From Giardia intestinalis (Eukaryota): 64,000 bases of DNA. This document shows positions 45,877 through 54,198 of this stretch, in pieces. The stretch lies in NCBI GenBank assembly GCA_000002435.2, contig CM018792.1; one strand, given 5' to 3'. The notes beneath the pieces were generated by a model, which did no database searches, was not told the origin of the DNA, and was given only the letters and a program-made list of their open reading frames with translations. Each line of letters opens with the position of its first letter. Positions within the stretch are counted from its first letter, which is position 1. A program made the translations under genes and the position numbers.

Positions 45877-47964
45877 ATGTTTGCTCCTGGCAATTCAGCC
45901 AGAGCCCAGCGGCAAGTCATCCCCGGTGACCACTTCGGCCTGGTGATAACAAGTGGTAGATCGGTCAGCAAGGGCAGAGATCAGGCCAGTGATGCGCCGC
46001 CACCTCCACCAGCTCGCTCCGCCGCGGTGGCCCGTGCACGTCGTCCATACAAAATTGGCCCAACCGGCACATCTGGGACCAACCTCATCTTTGCCCCTGC
46101 CTCGTCTATAGTCCATAAGGCTGTATCTGTACCAAAGCAGTACAAGCACTACGCAAGGGACCCCGACGACAAGATAGAGCCTTTCTCCGCTGCGGCCTCC
46201 AAGGACACTACATCAAAAGGTAGCAGCGTGACTACTCAGCCAATGTCGTCACAGAGATCCAAGACAACATCTGTTCGCCAGCCCAAAGCAGTAACTCAGA
46301 CCTTATATCAGCAACAGCAGGAAGCCTCTCTTCTCCATGGCAACAAGCTAGGTGCTAACTATGCGGGGAAGAATCAGCCCATTGTTTACATTAAAAGCAA
46401 ACCCCCCTCTACCACAAACTCCCGCACCACAACCCCAAAGCGAGGGGCTTCTACCAGCACACGATCAGAAAGAACAGCATCCACCTCTGTTTCCCCAAGG
46501 GCTGTCGCGACAAAGCTCAGTCAACGCACACCATCCAGCAAGGGCCGGGGTGTTGTCGCCGCAACCACAACGCCAGCTGATCAAAACAGATCACAGCTGA
46601 AGGGAAGTGCTTTTCCCCGCGAAATTACAGCAGCAGAAGTCCTTTCCTCGCACAAATCCGATCTTACACCGTTTGAGCAATCAGAGATCCAACGGTTCGC
46701 CAAGATATACTACTGGGGCCAGCAGGCAAATAAGCAATACAACGGAGCAATCAACCACGGATATGATGATAGCCGTGGGGACTACATCGGAGTCATCAAT
46801 GATCACATCATGTACAGATATGAACTAGTCTCGAAGCTGGGGTCAGGGTCGTTTGGGAAAGTATATAAGGCTCTGGATCATAAGGAACAGCAGTTTGTCG
46901 CTCTAAAGATTATAAAGAACAGGAAGCGCTTCCAGAGGCAGGGCCTGGTCGAAGTAAAGATTCTAGAGCTACTACGTGACAACGATCCCAATGGAGACCA
47001 ATGCTGCGTGAAGGTACTTAGCAGCTTCTACTTTCGCTCACATCTCTGCATAGCGTTTGAGCTGCTGTCGATAAACCTATATGAATTGCTAACTAAAAAG
47101 GATCTTAAGGGCCTTTCTTTGTCGTTGGTCCGGAAGTTTTCTCTACAACTTTTAATTGCATTTGCATACGCTCGGAAGCTGAGGATTATACACGCAGATG
47201 TCAAACCCGAGAACATTCTCTTGCGGGAACCCGACAAAAGCAGTATCAAAGTCATTGACTGGGGCTCGGGGGCAATGGTGTCAGAGACAATCTACTCCTA
47301 TATTCAGTCCCGCTTTTATCGAGCCCCAGAGGTTATTCTTGGTCTTCCTTACGGTCAAGAGATAGATATCTGGAGCATTGGTTGCGTTCTCTGTGAGCTA
47401 TACACCGGGCTGCCTATCTTCCCGGGCGATGACGAAAGGGATCAGCTAGGAAAGATATGTGAGCTGCTGGGGATGCCACCCAATGACATGATCTTCAAGA
47501 GTCCCCGTAAGAACGACTTCTTTGTTAACATAGGAACGGGGATGGGTGTGGCAGGGGTATCAGAGGGTGGAAACCCCATCTTCAGCGGCAATCTGCAACA
47601 GCTTTCCAGTGTCAACGAATATCTGCAAGCAACAGGTCGAGGAGCCGGCGGCAGTGAGGTGCCAGGGATAAGGCTCCGCACGACCCACAAGGTTAATTCT
47701 AAAACTCTGTCTGGTGTCCTCAATGCACCAGACGACTTCATATCCTTCATCAGTCTTTTTCTTCAGTGGGACCCTCAAAGAAGGTGTACACCCGAGGTTG
47801 CTATGTCGCATCCGTGGATACAAGAGGGAATACGACAAATTAATGAGCGTAATGCTCGTCCTAGTAGTACTGCAGTACGTGCGGTGGATGCACGACCAGA
47901 CTCTAGGCGCGTTGCATCTGCCAGCCAGCGGCCGCTGCTTCCTGCACTCAGTCCAAAAAAGTAA
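45877..47964 (+). CDS. DYRK-family dual-specificity protein kinase
   Basis: ATG verified. Kinase subdomains: [38 protein letters not shown]. The DYRK-type activation loop [65 protein letters not shown] matches human DYRK1A (...[63 protein letters not shown]). The stop is embedded in AGTAAAC. Confidence 0.85.
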   Translation: [695 protein letters not shown]

Positions 47965-47966
47965 AC
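47960..47966 (+). promoter_or_regulatory. AGTAAAC polyadenylation motif overlapping kinase stop codon
   Basis: a-AGTAAAC with the TAA stop (47962..47964) inside. Same arrangement at the PDI stop (54053..54059). Matches the Giardia AGTRAAY poly(A) signal. Confidence 0.5.
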
Positions 47967-47969
47967 GAG

Positions 47970-48689
47970 ATGTTTGTCGAGCACCCTATTCAGGTGCGAC
48001 GCCTCCCGGGCGGCTACCACAACACACATGACGACCTGATTCAAGCCATCTGCGACAATGAACTTCAGACAGTTTCAAGCCTCTTGAAGCACAGTGGTCA
48101 ACTAAACAAACACGGGTACACCGCACTGGCAGTAGCCGCGTCCAGAGGCAACTACGGAGCCTGCAAACTCCTTGTAGAGAAAGAGGCGGGCCACAAGACA
48201 AAGATTCAATACAAGCTCCGCAACTGGAAGTTCAATTGCTGTTCTGCCCTGATGATGGCAGCCTGGCATGGCCACACAAATATTGTCCAGTTGCTCGTCA
48301 AATATGAGGCAGGGATGCGGGATGGTTACTGGGGGGTGACAGCGTTGATGGGCGCAGCCTATACAGACCTGCTTTTAGTTTGCAAGGCATTGAAGCCATA
48401 CGAAGTGGGCTATCTTTCTGCCCGTGGATACTCTGCTTTAATGTGGGCTATTATGGGCGGTTCCAGAGAGTGCTTTGACTTGCTGTTAGAAGACGAATAC
48501 ATGCTAGAAGACGGAGAAGCTCTTCCATTGGCTGTGCAACATGATTTTTTATATGGTGTAGAGGCACTAGCGCCCCTGCTGATAGAAGTCAGCGGAAAGC
48601 GAGCTCTTCAACGTATACCACAAACAGAACTAGGTACCTTAATGGAGCGCGCAATTCGGAATTCTATAAAGCCAGGCATGTGGATTTAA
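47970..48689 (+). CDS. ankyrin-repeat protein (239 aa)
   Basis: ATG at 47970, 3 nt after the kinase poly(A) motif. Repeats: HGYTALAVAASRGNYGACKLLVEKEAG; SALMMAAWHGHTNIVQLLVKYEAG; GVTALMGAAY; GYSALMWAIMGGSRECFDLLL. Confidence 0.6.
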   Translation: MFVEHPIQVRRLPGGYHNTHDDLIQAICDNELQTVSSLLKHSGQLNKHGYTALAVAASRGNYGACKLLVEKEAGHKTKIQYKLRNWKFNCCSALMMAAWHGHTNIVQLLVKYEAGMRDGYWGVTALMGAAYTDLLLVCKALKPYEVGYLSARGYSALMWAIMGGSRECFDLLLEDEYMLEDGEALPLAVQHDFLYGVEALAPLLIEVSGKRALQRIPQTELGTLMERAIRNSIKPGMWI

Positions 48690-48691
48690 TG

Positions 48692-49012
48692 TTAATTGTT
48701 GCTATTCTTTGAGTTTTGTCCTCTTTGACTCAGACAGATTGAGTATGGGTTGACCTTTTCTTTGCGGCACGAGATGGGATCTACTTTTCCAGTTTGTTTG
48801 TTCGATTTTGGCCTTACCTCTATATGCTTTAGTAGTGGGAGCCGTATCTTTGCTTCAACCTTTTCCCCCTCGCACTCTTTTACCGAAGAGAGATAGGAGA
48901 CCCACACTTCCAGCGTCTCTTTTCTACTTCTATGGCCGCGGATCCATGCTTGTATGACTATCGCAGCGCTCTGCTCTACACCGGAGTGCGCGCTGAGAAG
49001 AGATGACCTCAT
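48692..49012 (-). CDS. hypothetical small basic protein (106 aa) with IQ-like motif (IQAWIRGHRSRK)
   Basis: ORF only; convergent with the ankyrin gene across a 2-nt gap. Weak. Confidence 0.3.
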   Translation of the reverse strand: MRSSLLSAHSGVEQSAAIVIQAWIRGHRSRKETLEVWVSYLSSVKECEGEKVEAKIRLPLLKHIEVRPKSNKQTGKVDPISCRKEKVNPYSICLSQRGQNSKNSNN

Positions 49013-49096
49013 TAAGATTTAAAAAGCTTTTCACTTACCTTCTGTGGTTACATCTTTAGGCCACGGCCTGTCGAACCAACACGCAGCTCACTTCGC

Positions 49097-51481
49097 ATGA
49101 TCAAACTTAATGGGTATGCCTTTCTGTCTTCACAGTCCTCCCACACCGTCTCAAGGCTATCTGGAAAGTCATGCGCACACGTCTCATTGCACACCATTCC
49201 TGTTTATACAGTGCTTTCGGTTTCATTAGAGAAGACTCTTCACAGCGAGCTGAACCTAGGAACTATCCTTTTAACATTCAAAAGTCTAGAGGACTCACAG
49301 CTTGATATCATCGCATGCGAGCTGTCTCTCTTCTTTAGACTGAGCTCCCTCATACCATTTTGTGCAGTTACACATACTCTGTGTCTTCGTCTTTCCTCAG
49401 TCATTTCGTGCGAGATTGAGTGTGGCAGTTCGCTCACTGATATGGAAGTGCTCTCGTACATACATAAACGTGCAACACAACTTCTCATTGATTCACGAAC
49501 ACCGTTTATTCTGCAGGGTATAAGGACAAATAGCGTGCTTAAATGTATAAATATACCAAAGTCATACAAGGCCCGGGTTGCTTATCCTTTTAGCGACAAA
49601 AGGATCATGCGGTTGGGCACGATTGGAAAGATGGCCTTTTTGGATGTTGACGAGATAAAGCGTGTCATAGGGAATGCGCATTTCACTGATATTCTTGACA
49701 ATGCAAGTCACGGAGCACGCATATGTTTGCTTATTATAATAAAGGATACTGGACGGTTCTTAGTTCCACTGTCCTCCATCACTGCCTTTAGCTTCTTTCA
49801 CCGCGACCGAGAACTGACACTTCTTCTTCCCGTTCGACCTAAGGGTAAGCGCCATATCTCAATGGAACCCATCGTGCTTGTTTTCAAGAAGTTGTCTACG
49901 TTTATAGAATTTGAAGAAAGGTTCTGTACAAACATCTCGGCTTCGAGCCCGCACAGTCTCTACCCCTCTGTCTCCACTCCAGAGGTGGCTTTCGAAGAGA
50001 CTGTGATACATCAATACACAACCAAGAATTCCGATACTGTTGTTGGGAGTTCATACACACTTTCTCCTCTGGGGTGTTTAGAAACCAAGCTCCCAGGCAG
50101 TGTCTATACAACTCACCGATCGGTTCTATCTAGTAGGACTGGTGGTGAAATCGATAGGTTTTTAACCCTAAAGTCTGAAATAGGCCATATCTACAACGTA
50201 GATCACAGTTTTAGCTGCTCTGATGTGGTTTTTAGAGCAAATAGAAATGCGCCACGGTCTCGCAACACATGCTTTACGGAATCGGGGGCCTATGTAGCAG
50301 CCACAATGGGACGGTACCTGGATCTCCTATGTCTTAAAAACATAAATGATAGTACTGATGAGAAGTTCTCCGTCACCACGTGCAAGTTAGGCGCATCGTT
50401 ATTTGTACCATCAAAGATATGTTTCGACTACAACTTCGGTTCCTCTGGATTGTTATTCGTTAGCAATGAACAGAATAGATCAAAGATAGACTCTTCCGTT
50501 CTCAGCTCCATGTTTAGCTCCGTGCTGGATGTAGATTCTGTAATCCTTCAAGAAGGCATGGAACACTCTGTTCTGGGTGACTATACTGAATGCAGTAATA
50601 GCCATGGCCTCTATGGATTTGATGTAGCTACAGGGAGAGTCAGTGAGCACATTCTTTTGTATAATGTAGCTGCAGATCGCTTTCTTTCACCTACGGATTT
50701 CTGTATATGTAAAGAAGGCTCTATCCCGACGGCAGTGGTGGGGTGCAACATATCGCCAAGCGATGCCATCGTAGCAATCACTCACTCCAGCATCCAGCTC
50801 ATTGACAGACGGCTTTCTGGGAAGACCCATCTCACAGGGCATAGCTACACGTATAAGGCTGTCGCTAACCTGTCAGTAGGGTGCTTATCTGGCAAAGGAA
50901 ATCTCGTTGTGGCTACTGACACAGGGGATATCAGTTTCTTCCACACAATGGCGCGTGCAGCGACAAGCTTCGGAGGCTTCGGTCTTCCAATCATAGGTCT
51001 ATGCTTAACTACCGATGAAGATTGGCTTGTAGCGACAATGCCAACCATGATTGCAGTATACTACCTGAGGGGAGAAACGAGCAGTGTGTTCAAGCACAAC
51101 GGGTTAAGGCTCTCTGAACGTCAGCAGCCTCGCTTACTGCGGCTAACACAGGACTTGATAACAGTTTTACTCTCGGCCACAACACAAAAGCCTACCAGTC
51201 TACAATTCTCTCCTGCGACGCTCTCCCCAAACGAAGAGCTCCTGGTGGCAAGCGTGGGGGAGTATGCAATCCTTTGGGACTTTAAGCAGGTATGTCTTGG
51301 GGTAACGGATTACAGCAATGCAGTTATCACAAGAACATCTGGAGAGATTTTAGGTGCATGCCTTGTAACTTGTGGAACCATTGAAGGGACAGAAGATGAA
51401 AAAGAGTCTTGTCCATACTTAGTGACAGCAACAGCTTCTGCCATAGATGTCCTCCGTTGCAGGTTTCCATACACACCCTAG
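49097..51481 (+). CDS. hypothetical protein (794 aa), possibly beta-propeller rich
   Basis: ATG verified (MIKLNGYAFL). Long ORF with no motif recognised. Recurrent beta-strand-like segments in the C-terminal half. Confidence 0.6.
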   Translation: MIKLNGYAFLSSQSSHTVSRLSGKSCAHVSLHTIPVYTVLSVSLEKTLHSELNLGTILLTFKSLEDSQLDIIACELSLFFRLSSLIPFCAVTHTLCLRLSSVISCEIECGSSLTDMEVLSYIHKRATQLLIDSRTPFILQGIRTNSVLKCINIPKSYKARVAYPFSDKRIMRLGTIGKMAFLDVDEIKRVIGNAHFTDILDNASHGARICLLIIIKDTGRFLVPLSSITAFSFFHRDRELTLLLPVRPKGKRHISMEPIVLVFKKLSTFIEFEERFCTNISASSPHSLYPSVSTPEVAFEETVIHQYTTKNSDTVVGSSYTLSPLGCLETKLPGSVYTTHRSVLSSRTGGEIDRFLTLKSEIGHIYNVDHSFSCSDVVFRANRNAPRSRNTCFTESGAYVAATMGRYLDLLCLKNINDSTDEKFSVTTCKLGASLFVPSKICFDYNFGSSGLLFVSNEQNRSKIDSSVLSSMFSSVLDVDSVILQEGMEHSVLGDYTECSNSHGLYGFDVATGRVSEHILLYNVAADRFLSPTDFCICKEGSIPTAVVGCNISPSDAIVAITHSSIQLIDRRLSGKTHLTGHSYTYKAVANLSVGCLSGKGNLVVATDTGDISFFHTMARAATSFGGFGLPIIGLCLTTDEDWLVATMPTMIAVYYLRGETSSVFKHNGLRLSERQQPRLLRLTQDLITVLLSATTQKPTSLQFSPATLSPNEELLVASVGEYAILWDFKQVCLGVTDYSNAVITRTSGEILGACLVTCGTIEGTEDEKESCPYLVTATASAIDVLRCRFPYTP

Positions 51482-51515
51482 CTGCTTCTGGACCATAGTT
51501 CTGTATGTTGTGGAT

Positions 51516-52206
51516 TTATTTCTTTTGTCGTTCCTTCAGTTCTTTTTCTCTTTCGGCTTTCTTCTTTGCTGCAGCCTCCTCCTTTCGCTTCCGCTCCTTT
51601 TCCTCCTCTGGTAGAAGACACGTGCCGGTCTGAATACTGAAGTTCATCACTTTAATTATCTCGCGGATGTCTGTCTTGTCGCTCTTGTAGACGGCGTCCA
51701 TGGCCGCCTTGATTTCTTCTTGGCTTTTTCCCTCCCCGATCATTTGTCGCTGAAGGTCTTGGGCCATGTTTTTCTGCACATGCTTGAGGAGCCATTTTAT
51801 TTCTTTAGGAGATACTTTAAACTCCCCTACACAGAGAATAGAGTTTAGAGTCTTGATCTCCTGAATGGGGCCTGTTCGCACCTCCGATAAGTTCAAAATA
51901 GAAAAGAACTCCTCTTTCATTCTATCTGCTATGTGCATGTTTTCACGGACCTCTCTGACAAACTCTGTAGCGATGGCGATATCGATTGCTGTAAACGTAG
52001 ACTCGACGCGCTCTTCCAATTCTGGGGGTAGCGGAGAGCATACAGCTTTCATGAAGTAAGGAAACTCTTTGATGGACAAGAAGCCATCCCGATCTGCATC
52101 GTAGAGCTCGAAGATGGGCTGGATTTCTTGCTGAATCTCCTGTGCTGCAATTTCGTCTGGCGATAGCTTCTTTTTACCTTTGCTACCCTTCTTGCCCTTC
52201 GGCATT
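51516..52206 (-). CDS. EF-hand domain protein with Lys-rich termini
   Basis: The track ORF extends to 52292, but the plausible start is the ATG at 52206..52204 (MPKGKKGSKGKKKLSPDEI...). EF-hand loop DADRDGFLSIKEF. The C-terminus EEEKERKRKEEAAAKKKAEREKELKERQKK is charged. Confidence 0.6.
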
Positions 52207-52707
52207 TTTGATTTACAATTTTGGCTTCTGAAGAACCAGCTATTAGCGCGGGGATTGGAACATAGACAGGTGTCAACCTTGTTCACGAGCACATGGGCTA
52301 GGCGCTTCTATCAGCATTAGTCAGTTTGTGCCGTAAAGATCGCGACAGTCCCAAACGCCGGATGGGAACCAGCCAGCTTGAGTAAAGGGTGTTTCTGGGC
52401 TGTGGAATCGGCGGATCTACCGCAGACGCAATGGCCACCCAGTGCGTGTCTCGTCACGGCATTTCCCTAGCCCATCGTAGGCACGAGGCGGCCAGACGAT
52501 TTTTTATCGCAGCTGCAGTATGTCAGTATCTAAGTCTGTAAGTGGTGAATGGCACAGACTACGCAATTCGATTTTATGAAGTACCAGTTCCGCCTTGTGG
52601 CGCGCTAGGCCTGGCATAGAGTGCGTTAGTACAAAGTAGGCTACTGCCACGGTCAAACGTCAAATGGTGACATTTAAAAAAATGCTTGTAAATTAATTCT
52701 TCTCAAC

Positions 52708-54057
52708 ATGGTTCTTGGACTTCTCTGTACACTTGCGCTCCTTGGCTCTGTGAGCGCAGAGGTCTTGGTTCTCACGCAAGACAACTTCAAGAGCGAGCTT
52801 GAGAAGCACAAGAACCTCTTTGTAAAGTTCTACGCTCCGTGGTGTGGACACTGCAAGCAGTTGGCTCCTACCTGGGAGGAGATGTCTGGGGAATTCTCTG
52901 TGATGCCCGTGGCTGAGGTTGACTGCACTACGCACACGGAGATCTGCGGGAAGTACGGCGTCAATGGCTATCCGACCATCAAGCTCCTGCAGAGTAATGG
53001 GGCAGTGATGGACTACGACGGCCCCAGGGAGAAGCAGAGCATGATGCAGTGGGCCGAGGCGATGCTCAAGCCCGCGCTTGTGGAGTACAACGATATCAAT
53101 GACATCAAGGACAAAGCCTCGAAGACGTCGCAGCCCGACATCTACTACGTCATGGAAGGCCCTCAGCTCCTCGATAAATTTGAGGACTTCTTTACACCCA
53201 TGAAGGGAAAGCATTTCTTTGGATTCCTCAAAAGCGCGAAGGAGAAGCTCTATGTGATGCGCGAAGGTGTGAAGCTAGACTTCAAGGGCAAGTTCGACAA
53301 GGCCTCTGTCCAGGCCTTTCTGCAAGATAACAGGTTCCCCTTCTTCCCTGAGCTCGGGCCTAGCAACTTCCAGGACCTTCTCAAGAGGCCTGGCCGTCTT
53401 CTGACTTTTCTCGCGATTGATCCCTCTGAGCATGAAGACACGCGTAGCAAGCTCGCCAGCTTTGCACGTAAGCTCCAGACCGGTGTTGCAGATTTGGATT
53501 CTAAGTTTGTCAACGACTATTACACATTGACGTCCATCGATGGGGTGCAGTGGGCGCAGTTCATGGAACAGTTTGAGATCAAGAAGGAAGACTTGCCCCA
53601 GCTGGTCGTTTATGACGTTCTTGCAGGCAGCAAGAAGTACTTCAAGGCATCCATTGGTGACTCAGTGGTTGAGGACGTCACGGCGTTCCTCCGCAAGCAC
53701 AAGTCTGGGGCTGTCCCGCCTTCCTATATGGACAAGGAGGAGGCCAAGGCCGCCAAAAAGACGGCCCAGGGCGAGGAGTACACCCCATCTGGAGGCAATA
53801 TTGCTGACCGCATCATGGAGTACATGAACACAATGCTCAATGAGAACTTCGCGCTCTTCGTCGCCATGGTCCTTATAGGGTCGGCCATCGTCATGAGCCT
53901 GGTCGTCGGGTGTTGCTGCACGGGCAAGAAGAAGAGAACTCCGAAGAAGAGCCCCCCGAAGACCGCCAAGAGGGACAGCGAGAGCACGGACCCGAAGCAG
54001 AGCCCCAAAAAGGCCTCTGCCGTCAACAAGCCTGCGCAGGAGAAGCGCAAGAAGTAA
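52708..54057 (+). CDS. PDI: protein disulfide isomerase (single thioredoxin domain, C-terminal TM anchor)
   Basis: ATG verified. Signal peptide MVLGLLCTLALLGSVSA. Thioredoxin active site FYAPWCGHCKQLAP. C-terminal TM ALFVAMVLIGSAIVMSLVVGCCC and a K-rich tail. The stop TAA lies inside AGTAAAC (54053..54059). Confidence 0.9.
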   Translation: MVLGLLCTLALLGSVSAEVLVLTQDNFKSELEKHKNLFVKFYAPWCGHCKQLAPTWEEMSGEFSVMPVAEVDCTTHTEICGKYGVNGYPTIKLLQSNGAVMDYDGPREKQSMMQWAEAMLKPALVEYNDINDIKDKASKTSQPDIYYVMEGPQLLDKFEDFFTPMKGKHFFGFLKSAKEKLYVMREGVKLDFKGKFDKASVQAFLQDNRFPFFPELGPSNFQDLLKRPGRLLTFLAIDPSEHEDTRSKLASFARKLQTGVADLDSKFVNDYYTLTSIDGVQWAQFMEQFEIKKEDLPQLVVYDVLAGSKKYFKASIGDSVVEDVTAFLRKHKSGAVPPSYMDKEEAKAAKKTAQGEEYTPSGGNIADRIMEYMNTMLNENFALFVAMVLIGSAIVMSLVVGCCCTGKKKRTPKKSPPKTAKRDSESTDPKQSPKKASAVNKPAQEKRKK

Positions 54058-54119
54058 ACCGTTCTTGTCTGCAGACACTGGAACCCCCAGAGTAATTCCG
54101 GCCTGTTCCTGGCGCCGAG

Positions 54120-54191
54120 GCTCTTGTAGTGTAATGGTTAGCACCTCGGACTTTGAATCCGGTAGTCTGGGTTCGATCCCCAGCGAGAGCG
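54120..54191 (+). tRNA. tRNA-Gln (anticodon UUG)
   Basis: Hand-folded cloverleaf: acceptor GCTCTTG/CGAGAGC (one G-U); D arm GTGT-AATGGTTA-GCAC; anticodon arm TCGGA-CTTTGAA-TCCGG (anticodon TTG); T arm CTGGG-TTCGATC-CCCAG; discriminator G. Followed by CTTTTC (pol III terminator-like). Close to the human tRNA-Gln-TTG body (..TAGTGTAATGGTTAGCAC..GGACTTTGAATCC..). Confidence 0.9.
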
Positions 54192-54198
54192 CTTTTCA

